This document shows positions 24,401 to 36,011 of a stretch of 45,511 nucleotides of DNA, piece after piece. Numbering within the stretch: the stretch's first letter is position 1; each line of letters begins with the position of its first letter. The DNA comes from Chiloscyllium plagiosum (taxonomy: Eukaryota). Both the position numbers and the translations under genes were made by a program. Where the stretch lies: positions 8,403,309 through 8,448,819 of the forward strand of contig NC_057753.1 in assembly GCF_004010195.1 (NCBI RefSeq), given 5' to 3'. Under the pieces are notes generated by a model. It saw only the letters and a program-made list of their open reading frames with translations, was not told where the DNA came from and searched no databases.

Positions 24401-25029
24401 AAGAACATATCCTTTCAACACCGACTCTCCAGCTAAAGGAAGAGACCAATCAGCTGCTCGAGCTGAGTGCACTGAGCCCAGAGTACGACTGGCAGCACCT
24501 GTATCCTGTTATACAGCAAAACGGTCAGTGCACTCAGCATCCTCAAGAAGCCCAAACGTCACTGAATTGGAAGGGGACCAGTCAGCGCATCGAAACTCTC
24601 GCACAGGAATGAGAGAAATATTTGAGACTTTTTGGGGAAAGGAGGAGTTAATTCAGCTATGTGATTGTTGTCCATGAACAGGAGAACATCAATCGCTCTT
24701 TCAATCACATTTCAGTGATTCAAGAAAAGACTTTTCAGCATCTCAAGCCTCTTATGTTGGATTGTGAGGAGACCATGCAGCCCCTCAGAATGTTACATAG
24801 CCACAGGAAGATTGCATAAACCTTCAAATCTCTTACACGTCAACAAGAGGATGACATACAGACATTGAACCTCCAACTGAGGAACAGAAGCAGGGCATTC
24901 CCGCCTGTGTGACTTTAACATAGAAGCATGAAGAGGGCAAGCAGTCCACCGAGTTTGCAAATCAGGAAGAGAGGCATTAGTAACATATCTTCTAAGCCAT
25001 TGTGACCACTACACAGGAATGGGAAGGTG

Positions 25030-26598
25030 AAGGTGTGAAAATAGATATGTCGCCTCGGCCGGATGGGATTTATGCAAGGATTCTCTGGGAAGCTGAGGAG
25101 GAGATGGCAGAGCCTTTGTCCTTGATCTTTAAGCGCGTATTATCTGCAGGTTTAGTACCAGAGGACTGAAGCACTGTACATGTTGTGGCCTTGTTCAAAA
25201 AGGGCAATAGATATGACTCTGGTAAGTATAGACCAGTGAGCCTTACGTCTGTTGTAGGAAAAGTTTTGGAAAGGATTATAAGTGATAGGATTTATGATCA
25301 TCTCGCAAGCGACAATTTGATTGGAGATAGTCAACGTGGTTTCGTCAAGGGCAGGTAGTGTCTCACAAACCTCATTGAATTTCTTGAGAAGGTGGCCAAG
25401 CATCTGGATGAGGGAAGGGCAATGGACGTGGTGTAAATGGACTTCAGGAAAGCTTTTCATAAGCTTCCAAATGGTAGGCTTCTGGAGAAAATGCGAAGGC
25501 ATGGACTGAGGGAAATTTCGCAGTTTTGATTAGAAACTGGCTTTCTGATAGAAGGCTGCGAGTGGTGGTTGATTGCAAACTTTTCAGCCTGGAATCCATT
25601 TACTAGTAATGTTATGCAAAGATCTATTTTGGGGCTACTATTCTTTGTCATTTTTATAAATGACTTGAATGCAGGCAAAGGTGGATGGGTTAGTAAGTTT
25701 GCAGATGATACTTAAGTCAGTGGAGTGGTGGACAGTGTGGAAGAATGTTGCAGATTGCAGGGAGACTTGGATAAGCTGCAGAATTGGGTAAAGAGGTGAC
25801 AAATGCAGGTTCAATTCAGATAAATGTGAGGTGATTCATTTTGGGCAGAATAACAGGAAGGCAGAATACTGGGTCAATGGAAGATTTCTTGGTAGTCTGG
25901 AAGTGCAGAGGTATCTTGGTGTCCATGTACATAGATCCCTGAAAGTTGCCACCCAAGTCCATAATGCTGTTAAGAAGGCATACAGTGTGCTAGGCTTTAT
26001 TGGTGGAGGGATTGAGTTAGGGATTCATGATGTCTATTAACAACTGTGCAAAAAGTGAGCACTCTTTACTTGGTATATTGTGGACAGTTCTTGTCACTCC
26101 TTTACAGGAAGGATGCGGAAACATTGAAAAAGTTGCAGAGTAGATTTGCCAGGATGTTGCCAGGTCTGCAAAGAAGGTCTTATGAGGAAAGGCTGAGAGA
26201 CTTGGATCTGTTCTCATTGGCGAGAAGAGGGCTAATAGCGGATTAAAAGAGACATGCAAGATGATCAGAAGTTTAGATATGCTGGACAGTCATTGTCTTT
26301 TTCCTAGGATGATGACGGCAGCTTATACGAGGGGGAATAGTTGCAAATTGAGGGGTGATAGATTTAAGACAGATGTCAGAAGCAGATTTTTTAGTCAAGG
26401 AGTGGTAAGGGCGTGGGGTCTCCTACCTGTCACTGAAATTAACTCAGCCACTTTAGGGCCATTTAAACAGTCCTTGGATAAGCTTATAGATGATGATGGG
26501 ATAATGTACGGGGATGATCCTAGATTAGTTCACAGGTCAGCGCAACGTTGAGGGCTGAAGAGCATGTTCTGTACTGCATTGTTCTATGCCCTTTGTTC
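25030..26598 (+). mobile_element. CR1 LINE, 5'-truncated (whole RT domain to tail)
   Basis: SPRPDGIY, YRPVSLTSVVGK, CLTNLIEF, FADD and FFSQGVVRAW motifs, with tail gttctatg. Confidence 0.93.
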
Positions 26599-26787
26599 AA
26601 CATAGAGGCTAGAGAAAGGGAAGAAGTCAGAGTAAGTATCTTCATTATGTAGCAAAGTTCTTGAGCAAACCATTGAGATTGAAGGAAAATAGTTAGAATC
26701 CATTACGAAGGAGTTTATAACAGGAGATTTGCAAAGTAAAACTAAAATCCATTACAGTTAGCATGGCTTTATGAAGGATAAACTAGG

Positions 26788-28128
26788 CTGGTGGTGGGCA
26801 AGTTGTTGGAGGGAATCCTGAGGGACAGGATGTACATGTATTTGGACAGGCAAGGACTGAGTAGGAATAGTCAACATGGTTTTATGGGAGGGGGGCGCAA
26901 TCATGTCTCACAAACTTGTTTGAGCTTTTTGAGGAAGTAACAAAGAGGATTGATGAGGGCAGAGCGGTAGATGTGATCTATATGTACTTCAGTAAGGCGT
27001 CCGACAAGGTTAACAAGGTTAGATCTCACGGAATACAGGGGGAACTAGCCATTTGGATATAGAACTGGCTCAAAGGTGGAAGACAGAGCGTGGTGGTGGA
27101 GGGTTGTTTTTCAGAGTGAAGGGCTGTGACCAGTGGAGTGCCACAAGGATCGGTGCTGGGTCCTCTACTTCTTGTCATTTACATAAATGATTTGGATGCG
27201 AGCAAAAATCGTATGGTTAGTAATTTTGCAGATAGCACCAAAATTGAAGCTGTAGTGGACAGCAAAGAGGATTACCTGAGATTACAACACGATCTTGATC
27301 AAATGGGCCAATGGGCTGAGAAGTGGCAAATGGAATTTAATTCTGATAAATACGAGGTGCTGCAGTTTGGGAAAGCAAATCTTAGTAGGGCTTACATACT
27401 TAAACTAAGGTCCTAGGGAGTATTACTGAACAAAGAGATCTTGGACAGCAGGTTCATAGCTCCTTGAAAGTGGAGTCGCAGGTAGATAGGATAGTGAAGA
27501 CAGCGTTTGGTATTGTTTCCTTTATTGGTCAGAGTATTGAGTCCAGGAATTGGGAAGTCATGTTGTGGCTGTACAGGACATTGGTTAGGCCACTTTTGGA
27601 ATATTGCGTGTAATTCTGGTCTCCTTCCTATCAGAAAGATGTTGTGAAACTTGAAAGGGTTCACAAAAGACTTACAAGGATGTTTCCAGTGTTGGAGGAT
27701 TTGAGATATAAGGATAGGCTGAACTGGCTGGGGCTGTTTTCCCTGGAGCTTCGGAGGGTGAGGAATGACCTTACGGATGTTGACAAAATTATGAGGGTAT
27801 TAGATAGGATAAATAGTTAAAGTATTTTTCCTGTGGTCGGGGACCCCAGAACTAGAGGGCATAGTTTTAGAGTGAGAGGGGAAAGATATAAATGAGACCT
27901 AAGGGGCAACTTTTTCACGCAGAGGGTGGTACTTGTGTGGAACGAGCTGCCAGAGGAGGACGTGGAGGTTGGTACAATTACAACATTTAAGCATCATTTG
28001 GACGAGTGTATGAATAGGAAGGATTTGGAGCGATATGGGCCGAGTGCTGGCAGGTGGGACTAGATTGGTATGAGATATCTGGTCGACATGGAAGGGTTGG
28101 ACCGAAGCTGTATATCACTATGACTCTA
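26788..28128 (+). mobile_element. Younger CR1 LINE, 5'-truncated
   Basis: VVGKLLEGIL, SGVPQGSVLGPLL (ORF 27126-27416), FTQRVVLVWNELP and tail ctatgactcta. Confidence 0.93.
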
Positions 28129-28859
28129 AAATGGAAAATGCAGATCCTGGAGATATACTACATGTGGACTTTCAGAACACATTGAACAATGTACCATGCA
28201 AAAGATTAATATACTACAGAAGAGCACATAGATTTAGAAATAACTTGGATAGAGAATTAGCTAACCAACTAAAAGCAGAGAAAAGGAAAGAATGTGTCAT
28301 CTTCTAATTGACAACCTCTGGGGCGCCATCGATTTCAATCCCTGGGACCCATGTATTTACAGTGGATATCATTATAGGATAAGGGATAAAGGATAAAGGA
28401 TATCATTAAAGAATTCATTATAGCCAACTTTTCATATAATACTAAAATAGATGCAAAAGTAGATTGGAATGAAGAAATACATCGATGAATGAGTCAACGT
28501 TTGGCCAATGATATTTAACATGGATAAGTATGAGATTATCCATTTTGGTTTGATGAATAGAAAGGCAGCTTATTATCTAAAGGGAGAGAAATTTCAGAGT
28601 GCTTGTGTGGAGCGGGGTTTACGTTTCCTCATACATACCACAGAAAACTTGAATGCTGATCCAACTAATAGAATGGCAAGTGTAGTGTCAGCGTTTATTT
28701 CCATAAAAACGAATAACCAGCAAATGAAAGATTAATGCCTAAACTTTCGGATATAAAATTAGGGAAGTACTGCTGCAGCTATGCAAGATATTTAGCGAGA
28801 TTGCAACTCCAGTGCAGCCTACACTTTTGGTGACCTGACTGGAGGAGGAAATTCGGAGG

Positions 28860-28990
28860 AAGTGAGGACCGCAGATGCTGGACATCAGAGTCGAGAGTGT
28901 GGTGCTGGAAAAGCACAGCAAGTCAGACAGCATCCGAGGAGCAGGAGAATGGACGTTTTGGCCAAAAGCCCTTCATCAGGAATGAGGCGG
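28860..28990 (-). mobile_element. Penelope-like pLTR end; hammerhead motif with G12A change
   Basis: Reverse strand CTGATGA-AGGGCTTTTGGCC-AAAACGTC, otherwise close to 41194-41325. Confidence 0.85.
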
Positions 28991-29818
28991 GAGTTAGTAG
29001 CATTGGAGACAGTTCAGAAGAAGTTCACTAAATTGATTACAGCGATGAGGAGCTTGTATTTTGAAGAATGATTGAGCAGTTTAGGCTTATTTTCTTGGAG
29101 TTTCGGAGAATGAAAGAAAATCTCACTGAGGTATGTGAAATGCTAAATGTATTTGGTAATCTAGATGTTGAATGAATATTTACTCATGCGAAGCAACCTT
29201 GAACTAGTGATAATAGATTGACGATTAGGCAGAACCGATTGACAACGGGGGTAAGGAAAATGTACTTCTCTCAATGGTTTGGGAATCTCTGTAATTCACT
29301 ACCCCGCTGTATTTCAGTGTTCAAGATTCAAATAGCAGATGGAATGAATTAAGTGTATTCTGGATGTTAGTGGTTAAAATTAGGAATGGTTAGGATCCAG
29401 TGTGAAAAATAAGCTCATTGCTCAACGGATTACAACAGTTGTGAATCATCTGCTTCAGCCTTAGATTTTCGCCGGGGTTGGGATGGAGTCAGAGGAAGGA
29501 AACTGAGATTGTAAACAGAACAAAGGATGGTAACTTCCATGCTCTCAATGCTTAAATAGCAAGGGCAATGATACAATGAATCGTGCTTCATACATGAAAC
29601 TGCCTAGATCGAGAGAATGACACACAAGGGACATGGTCAGAAGCATAGAAGGATAGAGTGAATGAACAAGTTCAATGATGCAGTTTATAGTGGTTTGTCG
29701 AATGAATATCCGGATACACAGTCTCAGTCAGAAGCATGAAGGACTGCTGAGTAAATGAGAAGAATAGTAAAACGGTTATAGATGGCTTACAGAAATAATA
29801 ACTGGGAGTTAGATTTAC

Positions 29819-29999
29819 CAAAGACACCAACGATAGCCAGGATAGGATAATAAAAACATTGAATTATGTAAAGAACATAGACGATCCGTACTGATAATAT
29901 GATCCAATCATAATATGTGGAAAGATTCCAAATGTAACTGGATAAACCCTTATCCATTGTGGTAGCATTCCATTCTATTGAGTTCAGATTCTGATCCAT
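29819..29999 (-). CDS. GPR139-like: GPR139-like GPCR, coding exon 1 (N-terminus and most of TM1)
   Basis: Strong Kozak context ccaacaATGG. Reads MDQNLNSIEWNATTMDKGLSSYIWNLST..IQCFYYPILAIVGVF, with two N-glycosylation sequons (NAT, NLS). Donor G|GTAAAT at 29818 is phase 1 and matches exon 2. Confidence 0.85.
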
Positions 30000-30084
30000 T
30001 GTTGGAACGTTCTAGTGTAAGGTTCTCAGAGTCTGATCTCTCCAACCCCTCTCTTTTGAACTGCTGATGCCTGTTTCTTCTGCA

Positions 30085-30180
30085 GGTGATGCTTCCACTC
30101 ATACTATGAATCAATACATTGGATGGTGCCCATTTATCATTAAAAGGTAAACGCCTCCACTAGGCTAATTAGAATCCACG
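30085..30180 (-). promoter_or_regulatory. Candidate proximal promoter of the GPCR gene
   Basis: Repeat-free stretch 90-180 nt upstream of the ATG with TAATTA (homeodomain-type) and CCAAT motifs. No canonical TATA. Motif evidence only. Confidence 0.3.
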
Positions 30181-30479
30181 AAGACTAACAATATTCACAG
30201 TCACTGAACAGATTCAGTTAATGATATCCTTACATCAATTTTCATGTCACAATAAGAAGGAATATAACATCCTATGCAACATTTCCATGTGAGTACATCC
30301 TTTCTCAAATAAGGAGGCCAAAGTTGCAGTTGTAGTCTCACCATCACCTGACACTGCTTCAGCATAACCCCTATATTTTATAACTCCACCTCACTCGCAA
30401 TGAAGGACAATATTCCATTTGTCTTCTAACTTTAGTTCTGCACGTGCCAACTAACTTTTTGTGATTCATTATCGTTTCC

Positions 30480-30640
30480 AGGGCTGATTAGCCTCCTCCT
30501 GTAATTGCATATCAGGTTCCAAGGCTGAATAGCTTCGTCCTGTTTTGATACAGCAGAATCGAAGGCCTGAATGTACTTCTGCTGCTTTTCTATAACACGT
30601 CAGGGGAGAGGAATGGATTGCTCCATTTGCTGCTCAATTG
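30480..30640 (+). repeat. Degenerate tandem of 3-4 CR1 3'-terminal motifs (about 42-nt period)
   Basis: gggctgattagcctcctcctg / aggctgaatagcttcgtcctg / ggcctgaatgtacttctgctg. Confidence 0.5.
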
Positions 30641-30964
30641 GCTTCGGTTGCTAATACTTCAAGTTCTTATATGTTGATATAAGGTCACATTTTATTTTTG
30701 GAAGCTCCAATAGGTATTGGCTCAACCTGCTTATCTTTTCCTCGTAAGTTAACTGCGTCACACGAATCGTTTGAGGAAAATATCTTTGAGCTTTTACGAT
30801 TGCAACAACGTCTTGCCTTCAGTGAGGAAACTCAATTGGTGTAATCCACTCGACTTGTAGTTTCACGAAAATCCTGTAAACCACAGCAGCACTTTGTAAC
30901 TTTAATTCTGGTTCCAATTCCAATTATCATCCAGACTGAGACTGGAAATATGTGTCACTTTTAA

Positions 30965-31120
30965 TACAACCGGAAGCGGCAGGGACAGACCACTATAAAC
31001 ACCGGAGGAAACATCAAAGAACCGATTCGCAGGAGGCTCCCAAGCACTGATGATGTCGCCTAGCCAGGGGACGAAACGTTTGCAACAAAAACTTCCAGCT
31101 CGGCGAACAGAACCACAACA
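30965..31120 (+). mobile_element. Solo Penelope-like pLTR fragment
   Basis: Homologous to the pLTR of the GIY-YIG element at 11944-12120 (ggagg..gcactga.gatgtc.ccta...ccagctc.gcgaacag). Confidence 0.85.
31044..31083 (+). ncRNA. Minimal type I hammerhead ribozyme motif, intact core
   Basis: GCA-CTGATGA-T-GTCGCCT(AGCC)AGGGGAC-GAAAC-GTT-TGC. Stem I is GCA/TGC, stem II pairs at 6 of 7 positions, and helix III is the palindromic ACGT. Confidence 0.75.
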
Positions 31121-31777
31121 GTCACTTTTAATAACTAAGGCATCTGCCATCTCAGACTGTCATCAGTGTTTAGAACATTTTTTCCAAGAGACTGGTACAG
31201 GCAGTCTTTCAATATTCCTGAGGCAGAGGCAGACAGTTGTATAATGTGCACCAGGGTCAACTTTTCTCTCTGTAGGGGTGATGAAATGTGGAACTGAGAC
31301 CACAATTAAATCCTCTATGGTCTTATTTGAATAGTTGAGGAAGTAGAAGGGACTGAGTGACCGATTGATTCAAGTTGTTCGCATGCTCCTATGTTTCTAA
31401 CAAGCCAAATCCCCTCCTCTTTTCGTGTAATATTCCGGCGCGGGCAGACGGACCCCTACTGCTATTCCAGGGTCAAAGTTCCTATGAGATAACTGCGTTC
31501 TTCATCTACTGATGCATTCCATCCAAGAGATGGAAGGATGCTCTCCTGCTCATTCTAACCAAGTTTGAGAAAATGTCCTCTTAATGTTCCCATGTCACAG
31601 GATTGAGGGACAAAATGTCCTCCAGCCTCTATTCTTCTGTAGTCTCCATAGGCAGCAATCTTTCCTCCTAATTTCGTGGAGTATTCTTAGGGACTGCTGG
31701 TCGAATTACAATGACATGCAAGAACGCCACTGTTCGCCTTTCTCCATTTCGAGAAAGTCCCTTTAAGTACTACTTTA

Positions 31778-33750
31778 TAGAACATAGAACATTATAGCGC
31801 AGTACAGACCCGACGGCCCTCTATGTTAAGCCGACCTGTCACACCAATCTGAAGCCCATCTAACCTATACTATTCCATGTACGTCCATATGCTTGTCCAA
31901 TGATGACTTAAATGTACTTAATGTTGGCGAATCTACTACAGTTGCAGGAAAAGCATTCCATACCCTTATTACTCTCTGAGTAAAGAAACTACCTCTGACA
32001 TCTGCCCTGTATCTATCACCCCTCAATTTAAAGCTATGCCTCCTCGTGCTCGCTGTCACCATACTTGGAAAAAGGCTGTCCCTGTTCACCCTATCTAACA
32101 CTCTGATTATCTTATATGTCTCTATTAAGTCACCTCTCAACCTTCTTCTCTCCAATGAAAACAGCCTCAAGTCCCTCAGCCTTTCCTCGTAAGACCTTCC
32201 CTCCATACCAGGCAACATCCGAGTAAATCTCCTCTGCACCCTTTCCAAAACTTCCNNNNNNNNNNNNNNNNNNNNNNNNNNNNNNNNNNNNNNNNNNNNN
32301 NNNNNNNNNNNNNNNNNNNNNNNNNNNNNNNNNNNNNNNNNNNNNNNNNNNNNNNNNNNNNNNNNNNNNNNNNNNNNNNNNNNNNNNNNNNNNNNNNNNN
32401 NNNNNNNNNNNNNNNNNNNNNNNNNNNNNNNNNNNNNNNNNNNNNNNNNNNNNNNNNNNNNNGTACACCACTAGTAATTGGACTCCAGGATGAACATTTC
32501 CCATCAACCACCATCCTCTGTCTTCTTTCAGCAAGCCAATTGCTGATCCAAACTTCTATATCTCCCACAATCCCATTCCTCCGCATTTTGTACAATAGCC
32601 TACTGTGGGGAACCTTATCGAACGCCTTGCTGAAATCCATATACACCACATCAACCGGTGTACTCTCATCTATCTGTTTGGTCACCTCCTCAAATAACTC
32701 AATAAGGTTTGTGAGGCACGACCTACCCTTCACAACACCATACTGACTATACCTAATCAACTTTTTTTTTGAGATGGTTATAAATCTTATCTCTTATAAC
32801 CTTTACCAACACTTTACCAACAACTGATGTAAGGTTCATTGGTCTATAATTACCAGGTTTGCCTCTACTCCCCTTCTTGAACAGGGGAAGCATATTTGCT
32901 ATCCTCCAGTCTTCTGGCACTCTTCCTGTAGACAATGACGATTTAAAGATCAACGCTAAAGGCTCGGTAACCTCCTCCCTGGTTTCCCAGAGGATCCTAG
33001 GATAAATCCTATCAGGCCCAGGGGACTTATCTATTTTCACACTCTGCAGGATTTCTAATACATCTTCTTTGTGAACCTCAATCCCACCTAGTCTAGTAGC
33101 CTGTATCTCAATATTCTCCTCGACAAGATTTCCATTTTCTAGAGCGAATACTGTCGGAAAATACTGTGCAGCAGGAACAGACTCTGTGCCAGAGCCCTGT
33201 GTCCCACTACTTTCCCCTGGTAAGTCGTTCCCCCCCCCCCCCAACAGTATCCAAAACGGTATACTGATTGTTGAGGGGCATGGCAACAGGGGATACCTGC
33301 ACTGCCGGCCGGTTCCGTTTCTGTCGCCTTACTGTAACCCCTCTGCCTTTTTCTTGAAACTTAGGAGTGACTACCTCTCTGTAATTCCTCTCAATAACCC
33401 ACTCTGCCTCCCGAATGGTCCGAAGTTCATACAGCTCTAGCTCCAGTTCCCTAAAGCGGTTTTCGAGGAGCTGGAGTTGGGTGCACTTCCCGCAGATGTA
33501 GTCAGCAGGAACACTAGTGGTGACCCTTACCTCCCACATTCTGCAGGAGAACATTCAACTGCCCTAACCTCCATTCCCACTATTATAAATTCCCAAAGAG
33601 ACTGTTGAAAAATAAGGAATAAAAGATAAACTTGTTACGTTAGCAATCTGGCTCACAGAACCCCTTTTTTTGTTTAGAAGAGGAGGATGGGTGGCAAACA
33701 TTACCCGAGTAGTGTTTGGGGTAACGCAACCACACAAGTCCTTCGCTCCT
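31778..33750 (-). mobile_element. Young CR1 with 5' UTR, ORF1 N-terminus, large internal deletion, RT and tail; spans an N gap
   Basis: ORF1 CxxC motifs (SCRMWE..CGKC, ORF 33207-33554) join directly to YFPTVF..DKSPGPD..NYRP, then GRSCLTNL..DFSKAFDKVPH and FFTQRV. Tail tgttctatgttcta. Confidence 0.93.
32256..32462. other. Assembly gap (207 N) inside CR1
   Basis: Run of N. Confidence 1.
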
Positions 33751-34780
33751 CAGAACTGGCTCAAAGGTAGAAGACAGAGGATGTTGGTGAAGGGTTATGA
33801 CCAGTGGAGTTCCACAAGGATCGGTGCTGGGCTCTCTACTTTTTGTCATTTACATAAATGATTTGGATGCCAGCATAAGAAGTACAGTTAGTAAGGTTGC
33901 AGATGACACCAGAATTGGAGGTGTAATGGACAGCGAAGAGGGTTATCTCATATTACCACAGGATCTGGTCCAGATGGGCCAATGGGCTGAGAAGTGGCAG
34001 ATGGAGTTTAATTCAGAAAAATGCGAGGTGCTGCATTTTGGGAAAGCAAATCTTAGCAGGACTTATACATTTCATGGTAAGATCCTCGGGAGTGTTGCTG
34101 AACAAAGAGTCCTTGGAGTGCAGGTTCATAGCTCCTTGTAAGTGGAGTCGCAGGTAGATAAGATAGTGAAGAAGGAGTTTGGTATGCTTTCCTTTATTGG
34201 TCAGAGTATTGAGTACAGGAGTTTGGAGGTCATGATGAGGCTGTACAGGACATTGGTTCAGCCACTGTTGGAATATTGCGTGCAATTCTGGTCTCCTTCC
34301 TATCGGAAAGATGTTGTGAAACTTGAAAGGGTTCAGAAAAGATTTACAAGGATGTTGCCAGGGTTGCAGGATCTGAGCTACAGGGAGAAGCTGAACAGGC
34401 TGGGGCTGTTTTCTCTGGAGTGTCAGAGGCTGAGGTTTACAGAATTGAGGGGCATGGAAAGGATAAATAGGCAAAGTCTTTTCCCTGAGGTTGGGGAGTC
34501 CAGAACTGGAGGGCATAGGTTTAGGGTGAGAGGGGAAAGATATAAAAGAGTCCGAAGGGGCAACGTTTTCACGCAGAGGGTGGTACGTGTATGGAATGAG
34601 CTGCCAGAGGATGTGGTGGAGGCTGGTACAATTGCATCATTTAAGAGGCATTTGGATGGGTATATGAATAGGAAGGATTTGGGTGCTGGCAGGTGGGACT
34701 AGATTGGTTAGGATATCTGGTCGGCATGGACGGGTTGGATCGAAGGGTTTGTTTCCTTGCTCTATATCTTTATGACTCTA
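33751..34780 (+). mobile_element. Young 5'-truncated CR1, apparently inserted into the 5' UTR of the minus-strand CR1
   Basis: ORFs 33797-34141 and 34142-34702 (SGVPQGSVLG, ADDT, PLLEYCVQFWSP) and tail tatgactcta. The UTR motif aagtcct.cgctcct occurs on both sides (33736 and 34817). Confidence 0.93.
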
Positions 34781-35800
34781 AGTAAGGTTTTTAAACAGTT
34801 AGACTCACCTTCCCAGAAGTCCTACGCTCCTCCCTCTCACCTCTCAGCAAAATCAAACTTTCTGTCGCCTGTTGCTGAACCAGTCCTTTATCCACCCAGC
34901 TAGACCACCCGACACACCAGGTGACTTCATTTTCTCCAATAGTTTACCATGGGAAACCTTACCAAACGCCTTACTAATGTCCATGTATATGACATCTACA
35001 GCCCTTCCTCCATCTATCAACTTGGTAATTTCCTTAAAGAACTGTATTAAGTTGGTAAGGCATGATCTACCCCAGAGAAAACCTTATTGCCTATCACTGA
35101 TAAGCTTATTCTTTTCCAAATATAAATAGATTTTATCCCTCAGTACCTTCTATAGCAACTTTCCCAGCACTGACATCAAGCTCACTGGTCTATACCTAAC
35201 TGGAATATCCCTCTTACCCTTCTTATACAGGGGGATAACATGATAAACCCTCCAGTCCTCTGGCTCCTCACCTGTGCTTAAGGATACTGCAAAGATGTCG
35301 GCAAGTGTCCCCCCCCCCCCCCCCTCCATTTCCTCTCTCGCCTCTCTCAGCAACTTGGGATAGATTCCATCCGGTCCTGGGGATTTGTCCACCTTAATAT
35401 TCTGCAGACTACGGAACATATCTTCCCTCCTTATATCAACGTGATCCAGAGTAAAAAAAATCTATCTCGAATTTCAGCATTCATCACCTCCCGTTCCTGA
35501 CTGAACACTGATGCAAAGTAATCATTGAGAATCTCACCCATTTTCTCAGGTGAAACACACAACCTTCTTTCCTTATCCTTTATTAGACCAACCCTTTCTC
35601 TAGTTACGGTCTTGCTTCTTACATACGAATAAAAGGTGTTTTGGGATTCTCCTTAATTCTGCTCGCTAAATGTTAATTCAAGACCCCTTTTAGCCCACTT
35701 GATTCCTCGTTTTAGATTGGGCCTACTCTCCCGATATTCCTCCAAGACCCGTCCTGTTCTTCGATGCCTGGACCTTATGTACACTTCCCTTTTCCTCTTG

Positions 35801-36011
35801 GTAAAAACAATGACTGCAGATGCTGGAAACCAGATTCTGGATCAGTGGTGCTGGAAGAGCACAGCAATTCAGGCAGCATCTGAGGACAGGCAAAATCGAC
35901 GTTTCGGGCAAAAGCCCTTCCTCATTCCTGATGAAGGGCTTTTGCCCGAAACGTCGATTTTGCCTGTCCTCGGATTCTGCCTGAATTGCTGTGCTCTTCC
36001 AGCACCACCGA
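35801..36011. mobile_element. Young palindromic Penelope-derived mini-insertion with 15-bp target duplication
   Basis: The 82-bp arms 35839-35920 and 35933-36014 are complementary at 79/82 positions, with a 12-nt spacer. TCCCTTTTCCTCTTG occurs at 35786-35800 and 36012-36026. Confidence 0.92.
35923..35960 (+). ncRNA. Minimal hammerhead ribozyme motif, intact core
   Basis: attc-CTGATGA-A-GGGC(TTTT)GCCC-GAAAC-GTC-gatt. Stem I is short and imperfect. Confidence 0.7.

Larger units (their letters stand above)
26600..29400 (+). mobile_element. Older CR1 copy hosting nested insertions (younger CR1 at 26788-28128 and PLE end at 28860-28990)
   Basis: HGFMK at about 26760 resumes after 28130 with VDFQNTLNNVPC, FNMDKYEIIHFG and LETVQKKFTKLI. 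Confidence 0.75.
10469..29999 (-). pseudogene. GPR139-like: Two-exon GPR139-like class A GPCR gene with a single +1 frameshift (recent pseudogene, null allele or assembly error); 362 aa if corrected
   Basis: Exon 1 (181 nt) plus exon 2 (909 nt) gives 1090 nt, one more than a multiple of 3. The GT-AG phase-1 junction gives ..YYPILAIVGVF-V-NVVTMVIL.., a continuous TM1. Confidence 0.85.

Noticed and set aside
11984..28990. All hammerhead copies in sense orientation within the GPCR intron are mutated, suggesting selection against pre-mRNA cleavage
   Set aside because: Antisense intronic copies (12899, 21608) are also mutated and the sample is tiny. Age and CpG decay explain the pattern.
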